From assembly GCA_965277055.1 (NCBI GenBank), contig OZ255703.1, positions 1,181,695 through 1,245,694 of the forward strand: a stretch of DNA of 64,000 nucleotides, written 5' to 3'. Of this stretch, positions 46,118 through 54,302 are shown one piece after another (the first letter of the stretch is position 1; every line of letters starts with the position of its first letter). The translations under genes were made by a program, and so were the position numbers. The notes below the pieces were generated by a model. That model worked only from the letters and a program-made list of their open reading frames with translations, had not been told where the DNA came from and searched no databases. The DNA is from Gammaproteobacteria bacterium (GTDB taxonomy: Bacteria; Pseudomonadota; Gammaproteobacteria; PS1; Pseudothioglobaceae).

Positions 46118-46205
46118 GGAGGGATGGCAGAGCGGCTGAATGCACCGGTCTTGAAAACCGGCAAGGGGCGACCCTTCCAGGGTTCAAATCCCTGTCCCTC
46201 CACCA
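46118..46205 (+). tRNA. tRNA-Ser (anticodon UGA)
   Basis: GGAGGGA acceptor, anticodon stem-loop CCGGT-CTTGAAA-ACCGG, long variable arm, TTCAAAT T-loop, encoded CCA. Confidence 0.92.
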
Positions 46206-46206
46206 T
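46186..46206 (+). repeat. 21-bp direct repeat, copy 1 (3' end of tRNA-Ser)
   Basis: aaatccctgtccctccaccat; an identical copy lies at 49170-49190. Confidence 0.85.
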
Positions 46207-46215
46207 TTATTATAT

Positions 46216-46256
46216 AAAAAACCCTTTTAAATCAGTTATTTAAAAGGGTTTTTTAT
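46216..46256 (+). terminator. hairpin plus T-run after tRNA-Ser
   Basis: cccttttaaa (46222-46231) pairs with tttaaaaggg (46239-46248), followed by ttttttatttttt. Confidence 0.6.
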
Positions 46257-46272
46257 TTTTTAATCCAAAATA

Positions 46273-46295
46273 TATACCACTTTGTATACCACTTT
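46273..46295 (+). repeat. tandem 11-mer tataccacttt x2 (12-bp period)
   Basis: Copies at 46273-46283 and 46285-46295 are identical. Confidence 0.6.
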
Positions 46296-46474
46296 ATTTT
46301 TTCATCATGCAAAATGACTTAGTGGGCTATATTGAACTGTAGATAACTCAGTCAATCATTTACTTCGCTAAATTTTGAGTTAGCAAATATTCTCTAAAGT
46401 AAATTCGTCTTTGATCAGTGAATAAAAGCTTAAAAATCCATAAAATCAATTATTTATTTATATACTTCAAAATT

Positions 46475-46500
46475 GCTATATAGCATACATTAATAATGTA
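46475..46500 (+). promoter_or_regulatory. two adjacent perfect palindromes upstream of the di-haem lipoprotein gene
   Basis: gctatatagc (46475-46484) and tacatta-a-taatgta (46486-46500), 37 nt before the ATG. Confidence 0.3.
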
Positions 46501-46536
46501 CAATAGCAGTTAAAATTAAAAAATAGTTGAAAAAAT

Positions 46537-48642
46537 ATGAAAAATCATTTAATTACGCTTATTATGTGTGTATTGGTATTGAGTTTATCTTCGTGTGGTG
46601 GTGGCGGTGGAGCGGTTAGCCAAAACGAAGGACAAGGAGGAGATAGTAGTGTAACTATTAGCAATTTGTTCAATAGTCAAACAAGTCTTGAGCCAGTATC
46701 ATCTTTCATACGTGATGATGGAGTTGTTGTTACTCGTATTGGTGATCGTGGTCGTGACCGTCATGCCAAAGAAAATACTTCCAATAATCGCTATGATCAT
46801 TATCTTGCTCATTATTGGGAATTTCGTACCGCACGCATTCAATTGGAAGATCATGTACCTAATGGCACAAGTCTTATCAAAGCTACATTTATTTCCGAAG
46901 CAGAATTAGGGGCCCGTGAGTTTAGAGTTTGGTACTGGGGTAGGAATACGCCTGGGCAATTTCATTTTAATCCACAAAAAGAAGAAGAGAAGGTCAGCCC
47001 TATCGAAACAGGTGTGGTTTACGTTGGTAGGGGGACATGGAATGACAATTTTGAAAAAATAAGTGATACAGGTAATCAACACATGTACACACTTGACATT
47101 GTTAACAAATGGGAAAATGGCGGCCAATTTCAGAATGACTTAGAGGAAGGGACTAATATGGAGTTTGAGGTGAGTCAATTTTTACTATCACCACCAGCAG
47201 GAGCGAGATTAAATTATTATGGCACTTCTTTTGTTTATGTTATTGGACAACCTGGGGTAGTGCCATTTGAGTGGCAACGAGGTGTAGATAACGCTGGTGG
47301 GCAAAACGATGGCACGCCAATTGCACAGAAAGGATTACTCGGTGGAGCAACGACATTGGGCTTTAATTATAGTGCTGAGCCTGCTGGACGTTTTATGCAA
47401 ATGGCAACTAATTTAAGTAGTAGAAATGCTCAGCCTTTTGTAAGAGGTCGTAGAGTGCATCACACTAATTTCGAAGATGGGTCCCATGGAGAGCGCGCAG
47501 ACAATCCAATTTGGACTGAGCAAATTGGCAAAGCAGGCAATCACTATATTAATCATTCCTGCGCCTCTTGTCACGTGCGTAATGGGCGAGCATTAGTTGA
47601 AGATGTTGGTACGCAACTTGATAAGTGGGTATTTAAAATAGCCGATGTAAATGGTAATCCTGACCCAGATCGTGGTTCAGTATTACAACCTAATCAAACG
47701 GGTTCTGGTATTTCTGAGGGGTCCGTTAGTCTTGCTAATTGGACTGAACTCAGTAATGGATTGCGCAGCCCAAATTACGTCTTTAGTAGTGGCGCGCCAG
47801 CAAGATTTTCAGCACGAATCGCACCTCAATTAGTTGGCATGGGGTTGCTAGAGGCTATTCCAGAATCAGCTATTCTTGAATTGGCTGATCCTGATGATTC
47901 TGATAATAATGGTATTTCTGGGCGTGTTTCGATAGTTACTGATCCAGTAACAGGTTTGCAACATATAGGGAGATTTGGCTATAAAGCATCTACCTCAAGT
48001 GTTAAAAATCATACTGCTAGCGCATTAAATATCGATATTGGCGTAATGACTAGTGTCATGCCAGAGCCTGATTGTGGTAGCCAACAACATAATTGCGGTA
48101 GCTCAGGACAAGAGTTAGCAGATGAGCAATTAAATGATTTAGTTAAGTATGTTAGTCTGCTCGGTGTTGGTGCTAGACGTGACTATAACAATACTACAGG
48201 AGAGACAATTTTTAACGAATTGCAGTGCAATGCATGCCATCGCCCTAGCTTCACCACCAGTGAATTTCATCCATTAGCAGAGTTACGCAATCAAACCATT
48301 TATCCATATACAGATATGTTATTACATGATATGGGTAGTGGTTTAGCAGATAATCATTCTGAGGGTGTTGCTACAGGTGCTGAATGGCGTACCGCGCCTC
48401 TGTGGGGACTGGGTCATACACAAAGTGTGTTGTTGGGTGATGCTAAAGCTAATGATTTAGTTTCATTAGCTGGCAGAGCAGATGATGTGAATCGTATTGG
48501 GTACTTGCATGATGGTCGTGCACGTACTATTGATGAGGCAATACGTTGGCATGGTGGAGAGGCGCTAACGTCGAAAAATGCCTATGAGTCTTTAACCACT
48601 TCAGAAAAACAGGCACTATTGGCATTTTTAAATAGTTTATAA
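46537..48642 (+). CDS. lipoprotein, di-haem cytochrome c peroxidase-like (DUF1111-type) with a long N-terminal extension
   Basis: 701 aa; lipobox LSSC followed by GGGGG; two CxxCH sites (CASCH, CNACH); C-terminal EWRTAPLWGLG and YLHDGRARTIDEAIRWHGGEA motifs typical of DUF1111/CCP-like proteins. Confidence 0.75.
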   Translation: MKNHLITLIMCVLVLSLSSCGGGGGAVSQNEGQGGDSSVTISNLFNSQTSLEPVSSFIRDDGVVVTRIGDRGRDRHAKENTSNNRYDHYLAHYWEFRTARIQLEDHVPNGTSLIKATFISEAELGAREFRVWYWGRNTPGQFHFNPQKEEEKVSPIETGVVYVGRGTWNDNFEKISDTGNQHMYTLDIVNKWENGGQFQNDLEEGTNMEFEVSQFLLSPPAGARLNYYGTSFVYVIGQPGVVPFEWQRGVDNAGGQNDGTPIAQKGLLGGATTLGFNYSAEPAGRFMQMATNLSSRNAQPFVRGRRVHHTNFEDGSHGERADNPIWTEQIGKAGNHYINHSCASCHVRNGRALVEDVGTQLDKWVFKIADVNGNPDPDRGSVLQPNQTGSGISEGSVSLANWTELSNGLRSPNYVFSSGAPARFSARIAPQLVGMGLLEAIPESAILELADPDDSDNNGISGRVSIVTDPVTGLQHIGRFGYKASTSSVKNHTASALNIDIGVMTSVMPEPDCGSQQHNCGSSGQELADEQLNDLVKYVSLLGVGARRDYNNTTGETIFNELQCNACHRPSFTTSEFHPLAELRNQTIYPYTDMLLHDMGSGLADNHSEGVATGAEWRTAPLWGLGHTQSVLLGDAKANDLVSLAGRADDVNRIGYLHDGRARTIDEAIRWHGGEALTSKNAYESLTTSEKQALLAFLNSL

Positions 48643-48785
48643 GGTCATGACAACTATAAAAGTTTTTCTCCAAAGTTGTCATAACCTATATTATTTTTAC
48701 ATGTTGATGATAGAGATACGCAAAAGAAAGATATTAAAAAAGCAGAACAATTATTACAAAAGATAGACTAATAGCAACATTTAAA

Positions 48786-49046
48786 AAGTTTGACCCAAGT
48801 AACAACACACAAGCTAACGTGTATTTGCAGCTAATACCAAAAGAAAAGTGGAGTAGATTATGTTGCAACAGTAAAAGGCATGAGCCAAATGGCCAAAAAT
48901 ATCGGGCTAGGCAGAGAGAGTTGATATAAAGCCCTATCTAGTAAGAATACCTCCCAAATTTGAAGCGGTATGAAAACCTCTTAACTCTTTAGGTATTGGC
49001 ATTCATTTTGAAAATGCTAAGAATGATAAGCCAATAACGGTATAAT
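48786..49046 (+). pseudogene. relic of an addiction-module antidote (HigA-type HTH) gene
   Basis: Fragments in shifting frames, KFDPSNNTQANVYLQ.., VKGMSQMAKNIGLGRES*YKALSSKN.., PKFEAV..LNSLGIGIHFENA, follow the order of the antidote family (..GMSQLA..GLSRESLYKALS..NP.F.T..KV..ALG). Multiple stops and frameshifts. Confidence 0.45.
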
Positions 49047-49169
49047 TTTGTAGTAAATACAATATCAGTATTTAGAGAGTACCTTAATTAAAATGGGTAC
49101 AGGAGTGGGTATAAGATGGGTAAGTTAATATCAAGTATATTAATATTCAATGAGTTAAGTGCTTAATTA

Positions 49170-49190
49170 AAATCCCTGTCCCTCCACCAT
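49170..49190 (+). repeat. 21-bp direct repeat, copy 2
   Basis: aaatccctgtccctccaccat; identical to 46186-46206. Confidence 0.85.
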
Positions 49191-49217
49191 ATTATTTCAC
49201 TCAATCTTATTGGCGCA

Positions 49218-49466
49218 GTGGCACAATCGAGCAAAAAATTTAACTTTAATGAAGGATTAACCGAGCTTGAAGCATTAGTGCAAAAGCTTGAAAGTGGTGA
49301 ATTAGATCTTGATGAAAGCCTAGCTATCTTTGAGCAAGGCATTAAATTAAGCAGACAATGCAAAACTGCATTAGATACTGCTAAACAAAAAATTACCACC
49401 CTGAGTAGTGAAGACAACTACGGCGATAACAACGGAATGGGTAATGAATCAAAAACTTCTAAATAG
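49218..49466 (+). CDS. xseB: exodeoxyribonuclease VII small subunit
   Basis: 82 aa (GTG start); FNEGLTELEALVQKLESGELDLDESLAIFEQGIKLSRQC. Confidence 0.9.
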   Translation: MAQSSKKFNFNEGLTELEALVQKLESGELDLDESLAIFEQGIKLSRQCKTALDTAKQKITTLSSEDNYGDNNGMGNESKTSK

Positions 49467-49469
49467 ACA

Positions 49470-50318
49470 ATGACTACTGCACAGAGTTGGCAGGAGTACA
49501 AAACACTGATTGAGGAAGTACTGCCAAAGTATATTCCTACTGACGAACTCACTCCTTCAATGGAATATACCCTGTTATCAGCTGGCAAGCGATTTCGTGC
49601 ATCATTATGCTATTTAGTTACAGAATTATATAACACTCCACTAGAGTACGCTCATTCTAGCAGTGTAGCACTAGAATGTATTCATGCATATTCTCTTATT
49701 CATGATGACTTGCCCGCCATGGATGATGATGATTTACGTCGTGGCAAACCCACATGTCATAAGCAATTTGATGAGGCAACTGCTATATTGACAGGGGATA
49801 TCTTGCAAACATTAGCATTTCGTGTGCTAAGTGAAGATGAACTCCTCTCTGACTCTATAAGGCTCAGATTAATCTCACTCTTAGCACAAGCAAGCTATGA
49901 TATGGTACGGGGGCAACAACTAGATACGCAGCAGATTGAACATACACTAGAAAGCTTAACCCAACTCCATCAGTTAAAAACTGGTGCACTCTTAACAGCG
50001 AGTATTCTAATGGGTGCAGTTGTAGTTGAGGCAGATACTCGGGACTATGAGATATTAGGGCATATTGGCAGGGATATTGGCCTTGCGTATCAAGTGCAAG
50101 ATGATGTAATTGAGCTTGGTGGGAGTGCTATTACCGGTAAATCAAAGAGTGATGAAAAAAATGATAAGATTACCTTTGTAACCTTAATGGGAGAGCAGGG
50201 TGCTAAAGCACATTATGAACACTTGTATCATACTGCTTTAGAGCAAATCAATTTACTCTCGGTAGATGGGAATAATTTGTGCAATTTAGTAAAAATTATG
50301 CAAAATAGAAACTTTTAA
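49470..50318 (+). CDS. ispA: (2E,6E)-farnesyl diphosphate synthase
   Basis: 282 aa; LIHDDLPAMDDDDLRRGKPT and YQVQDDV Asp-rich motifs; xseB-ispA order. Confidence 0.9.
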   Translation: MTTAQSWQEYKTLIEEVLPKYIPTDELTPSMEYTLLSAGKRFRASLCYLVTELYNTPLEYAHSSSVALECIHAYSLIHDDLPAMDDDDLRRGKPTCHKQFDEATAILTGDILQTLAFRVLSEDELLSDSIRLRLISLLAQASYDMVRGQQLDTQQIEHTLESLTQLHQLKTGALLTASILMGAVVVEADTRDYEILGHIGRDIGLAYQVQDDVIELGGSAITGKSKSDEKNDKITFVTLMGEQGAKAHYEHLYHTALEQINLLSVDGNNLCNLVKIMQNRNF

Positions 50319-50335
50319 TTTTTAAAAAACATATC

Positions 50336-51115
50336 ATGGGATTTTTAACAGGAAAACGGGCGTTAATTACTGGTGTGGCTTCTAACCGCTCTATTGCTTG
50401 GGGAATTGCAAAATCAATGAGCGAGCAAGGCTGTGAAATTGCTTTAAGTTACCATACTGATAAACTTAAATCTCGCGTAGAAAAATGTGCAGCAGAATGT
50501 AATAGTGGCATTGTAATTCCACTTGATGCCGCTACTGATGAAGGCATTGAGCAGTCAAAAACTGCACTTGAGGAACATTGGGATAGTGTAGATATTATTA
50601 TTCACTCTATGGCATTTGCCCCACGTGAAGCCCTAGACGGTGATTATGTTGATGCAACGAATAGAGAAGATTTTTTATTAGCTCATGATATTAGTTCTTA
50701 CACCTTTACTGCACTGGCAAAAACCTATAAAGATATGCTCTCAAGTGGTGGTGCATTACTTACTATGAGTTATCTTGGGGCAGTAAAAGCGATTCCTAAC
50801 TATAACGTCATGGGCGTAGCAAAAGCTTCACTAGAAGCAAATGTACGCTATATGGCTGCCAGCATGGGTAAAGATGGTATAAGGGTTAATGCTATTTCAG
50901 CTGGTCCTATCAAAACTTTAGCTGCTAGTGGTATTAAAGACTTTGGTAAGTTATTAGACTATGCTGCAGAAAATAGTGCGTTAAAGCGTAATACTACCAT
51001 TGAAGAAGTGGGTAATGCAAGTGCATTTTTGTGTTCAGACCTCGCATCTGGTATTACTGGTGAGATTGTCTATGTAGATAGTGGCTATAGTTTTTATGAA
51101 AGTGCGCCGTTATAA
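50336..51115 (+). CDS. fabI: enoyl-[acyl-carrier-protein] reductase (NADH)
   Basis: 259 aa; GVASNRSIAWGIAK, YNVMGVAKASLE (Tyr/Lys), SAGPIKTLAASGI. Confidence 0.92.
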   Translation: MGFLTGKRALITGVASNRSIAWGIAKSMSEQGCEIALSYHTDKLKSRVEKCAAECNSGIVIPLDAATDEGIEQSKTALEEHWDSVDIIIHSMAFAPREALDGDYVDATNREDFLLAHDISSYTFTALAKTYKDMLSSGGALLTMSYLGAVKAIPNYNVMGVAKASLEANVRYMAASMGKDGIRVNAISAGPIKTLAASGIKDFGKLLDYAAENSALKRNTTIEEVGNASAFLCSDLASGITGEIVYVDSGYSFYESAPL

Positions 51116-51120
51116 CAGCC

Positions 51121-51507
51121 ATGGATAATAATATTCAAGTAGATGTAGCGACTAAATTCTTAATTGAGCCTTCAATTAAAGAAGGCAAATATATTTTTAG
51201 TTATACAATTGATATTTTTAATAAAGGTACCAAAGCAGCCCAGTTACTGAGCAGACACTGGCGCATTACTGATGCTAATAATGGCGTAGATGAAGTCAGA
51301 GGTGATGGAGTTATTGGCAATCAGCCGATTATCAAAGTAGGGCAGAGTTATAGATATACCTCATTTGTGGTCTTAGATACCAATACAGGCATGATGTCTG
51401 GCACGTATCAAATGATTAGTGAAGATAACGAAGAATTTGATGCGATTATCCCACCGTTTTATTTGATTACTCATGTAGATATTACCAGTTCTGAGAGTAT
51501 TCAGTAG
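51121..51507 (+). CDS. apaG: ApaG (DUF525) protein
   Basis: 128 aa; FSYTIDIFNKG...QLLSRHWRITDANNGVDEVRGDGVIGNQP. Confidence 0.85.
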   Translation: MDNNIQVDVATKFLIEPSIKEGKYIFSYTIDIFNKGTKAAQLLSRHWRITDANNGVDEVRGDGVIGNQPIIKVGQSYRYTSFVVLDTNTGMMSGTYQMISEDNEEFDAIIPPFYLITHVDITSSESIQ

Positions 51508-51515
51508 GTTTATAC

Positions 51516-51836
51516 ATGCACTCTGTTTCTTTTATTTTTGAGTCTGGTGAGTATGATGATGAATTCTACGCTTTAGATACAGAAATCCTCTCATTTGCTA
51601 AGAGTCTTTCAGGGTATGCGGGCAAAGAAAATTGGTATTCAGCCGACCAAACAATTCAAAATGCCATATATTATTGGCATACCAAAGAAGCACTCAGAGA
51701 ATTTTCTAACTATGCTACTCACTTAGAAGCGAAACGTAAATACACCAAGTGGTATAAAGGGTTTCAAGTGGTAATTTCGACTGTTGAGGCGAGTTATGGT
51801 GATGGCAATATTTCTCACATTACGCAAAATTTATAA
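51516..51836 (+). CDS. small ABM (antibiotic-biosynthesis-monooxygenase)-like protein
   Basis: 106 aa; the ferredoxin-like pattern ..YYWHTKEALREFSN...H.EAK resembles an ABM domain. Weak call. Confidence 0.45.
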   Translation: MHSVSFIFESGEYDDEFYALDTEILSFAKSLSGYAGKENWYSADQTIQNAIYYWHTKEALREFSNYATHLEAKRKYTKWYKGFQVVISTVEASYGDGNISHITQNL

Positions 51837-51837
51837 T

Positions 51838-52545
51838 TTATTGTACTGCTAAGGACTGCAATTGTTGTTTGGTCCAGTCATATATTTCTTGTGTCGTATT
51901 TTTTACTGAGTCTATTTCTGTAATCGGCTCACCTATTATAATAGTTACTACCCCAGGGTACTTAATAAAGTGATCTTGTTTCCACACGGTGCCTGCGTTG
52001 TGTGCAATAGGTACTACTGGTACTTCTGCTTGCTTTGCCATCATGACTGCGCCATTTTGATATTCTCCAAGGAGCGTAGTATTTTTGCGTGTACCTTCGG
52101 GATAAATAATTACAAAAATCCCTTGTTGTAACCGCTTCACCCCAGTAGTAATCACTTTTTTGAGTGATTTTAATTTTTGCGTGCGATCAATGACAATCGG
52201 CTTCATCAATACTAATCCCCAGCCAAAAAATGGAATATACAGGAGTTGTTTTTTAAGAACCCCAGTATGCATGGGTAGAATAAGAGGTAAAAATAGGATA
52301 TCAAGTGTTGATTGATGATTAGATATTATCACACAAGGTGTGGTAGGAATATGCTCACGCCCAATAATATGAAAGTGAATACTACAGGTTATTCTGAGCC
52401 ACCATAGACAAAAGCGTTGCCATGAAGAAAGTAACGTATACCGTGTGCGTAGGGGCAAGAAGAACAAACATACGGATACTATACTAATAATACATGCTGA
52501 TACTGCCATTCCAATAAAATAAGCAAATGAGCGAATAAACAACAT
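51838..52545 (-). CDS. plsC: 1-acyl-sn-glycerol-3-phosphate acyltransferase
   Basis: 235 aa; NHQSTLD (HX4D) and YPEGTR motifs. Confidence 0.85.
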   Translation of the reverse strand: MLFIRSFAYFIGMAVSACIISIVSVCLFFLPLRTRYTLLSSWQRFCLWWLRITCSIHFHIIGREHIPTTPCVIISNHQSTLDILFLPLILPMHTGVLKKQLLYIPFFGWGLVLMKPIVIDRTQKLKSLKKVITTGVKRLQQGIFVIIYPEGTRKNTTLLGEYQNGAVMMAKQAEVPVVPIAHNAGTVWKQDHFIKYPGVVTIIIGEPITEIDSVKNTTQEIYDWTKQQLQSLAVQ

Positions 52546-52575
52546 AAAATACAGGGTAAAAACAATCGATTTTAT

Positions 52576-53187
52576 ATGAAATTTACTACTATGCTTTTTG
52601 ATTTGGATGGTACGTTGGTAAATACCGCTCCCGATCTCGTAGCCGCATTAAACTATGTGTTATCTTCGCATAATCAGTCGCAAGTAGAATATAGTGTTGC
52701 TAAGCAATATGTTTCCAAAGGCAGTAAAGCGTTGGTGCGTTTTGGTTTTGGTATAGAAGATACCCATCCGATGGGTATCACATATCATCAAGAGCTACTT
52801 GCATATTATGAAAAACATATTGCTGATGTATCTGCACTCTTTCCCGGTATGAATGAAGTGATTGAACGCTTAGATAAATGGGGTATCGTCACTAATAAGC
52901 CAGAGTATTTAACCCATCCATTGCTAGAGCAGCTTGGGCTTACTCCTGATGTAGTCGTGTGCGGAGATACTCTCAGTGAGAATAAACCAAGCCCTTTACC
53001 TATCCAACATGCGATGAAGCAACTCGGGCTAGAGCACACCATTATGATTGGTGATGATGAAGTGGATTATCTTAGTGCCAAGCACACAGGTATTCCATCT
53101 ATTCTTGTGGGCTGGGGATATAGTAAAGTCACTCAGTGGCATTACCGCGTTGAAGATGCACAGGAGCTATTAGCATGGGTGAAGTAA
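52576..53187 (+). CDS. HAD-IA hydrolase, phosphoglycolate-phosphatase-like paralogue
   Basis: 203 aa; LFDLDGTLVNTAPDL, VTNK, GDDEVD motifs. Confidence 0.7.
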   Translation: MKFTTMLFDLDGTLVNTAPDLVAALNYVLSSHNQSQVEYSVAKQYVSKGSKALVRFGFGIEDTHPMGITYHQELLAYYEKHIADVSALFPGMNEVIERLDKWGIVTNKPEYLTHPLLEQLGLTPDVVVCGDTLSENKPSPLPIQHAMKQLGLEHTIMIGDDEVDYLSAKHTGIPSILVGWGYSKVTQWHYRVEDAQELLAWVK

Positions 53188-54257
53188 TGATTATTTTGGT
53201 TTGTGTGTTAGTGGGGCTATTAGTACTAGTGAGTGTAAAGTATCAACGCTTGTTAGTTTCGCACACTGAGCTGACCACCAAGTTGGCACTCAGTGAAGAA
53301 ACCTTAGAACATGCTAAATCCCAATCTCTTAGCGCTGAGCAAAAAGAGTTAAGTAAACAAAATAAAGAACTCTTAGAGCCCCTTCAGGCAGAAATCAGCA
53401 AATTTAAAACCCGTTTAGAAGATTTAAATACTCATCAAACCAAAGAACGAGCCCAGCTCAAACAGCAAATCATTGACTTGGGTCATGCAAATAGGGAAAT
53501 TGTGAAAAACGCTGAGCATTTAACCAATGCACTTACCCACGATAATAAAGCACAGGGTGACTGGGGTGAAATGCAACTTGAGCTGATTCTTGAAGGTTCT
53601 GGACTAAAAGAAGGGGTGGAATACCATAAGCAAATGGCATTTAGAGATGCAGCAGGAAATCTCAAAAAACCAGACTTTATCGTGCATTTGCCGAGGCAAA
53701 AAGATATTATTATTGACTCTAAAGTATCCCTAAAAGACTTTACTGCCTATACCAACTCTGGGGATGAACTAGCACTTCGCAGACATATTAAATCAATTGA
53801 ACAACATATTAATGGCATATCTCTTAAATCCTATGAACAACTTGAGGGCGTGCACACACTTGATTTTATTTTTGTCTTTTTCCCGATTGAGGCAAGCCTA
53901 CTTGCAGCGATTGAAGTCAAACCCGAACTCTTTAACGATGCTATTAAGAAAAATGTTGCACTGGTTTCCCCGTCCACACTCATGATGAGTTTAAAAGTGG
54001 TTTCGCATATTTGGGATATTGAGAAACAAAATAAAAACACTGAGGAAATTATTCGCCTAGCTGGAGAGATGTATGACAAATTTCATGGCATGATTAGCTC
54101 ACTAGATACTGTTAAAACACATCTTGATAAAGCAACTGAAAGTTATATACAGGCAAAAAATCGCTTGAGTGAGGGCAGAGGAAATGCACTCACGACTGCC
54201 AATAAAATTATAGAACTTGGGGTTAAAACTAGTAAATCTACTAGGTTGAAAAAATAA
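53175..54257 (+). CDS. rmuC: DNA recombination protein RmuC
   Basis: 360 aa; N-terminal anchor, coiled coil, PDFIVHLPRQKDIIIDSKVSL nuclease-like core. Confidence 0.88.
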   Translation: MGEVMIILVCVLVGLLVLVSVKYQRLLVSHTELTTKLALSEETLEHAKSQSLSAEQKELSKQNKELLEPLQAEISKFKTRLEDLNTHQTKERAQLKQQIIDLGHANREIVKNAEHLTNALTHDNKAQGDWGEMQLELILEGSGLKEGVEYHKQMAFRDAAGNLKKPDFIVHLPRQKDIIIDSKVSLKDFTAYTNSGDELALRRHIKSIEQHINGISLKSYEQLEGVHTLDFIFVFFPIEASLLAAIEVKPELFNDAIKKNVALVSPSTLMMSLKVVSHIWDIEKQNKNTEEIIRLAGEMYDKFHGMISSLDTVKTHLDKATESYIQAKNRLSEGRGNALTTANKIIELGVKTSKSTRLKK

Positions 54258-54302
54258 AATTAAGTGCTAAAATGAGGAATTTTACTTAATAAGGATGGGA
54301 TC

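Larger units (their letters stand above)
46207..49190. mobile_element. putative decayed integrated element at tRNA-Ser (no integrase)
   Basis: Bounded by the 21-bp direct repeat. Contents are one cargo CDS, an antitoxin relic and about 0.9 kb of non-coding DNA. Confidence 0.45.

Noticed and set aside
46486-46500. Palindrome upstream of the di-haem lipoprotein considered as a Fur box
   Set aside because: Position-by-position comparison with GATAATGATAATCATTATC is poor. It is kept only as a generic operator candidate.
49163-49417. 84-aa minus-strand ORF
   Set aside because: Antisense to xseB, which has a clear family signature.
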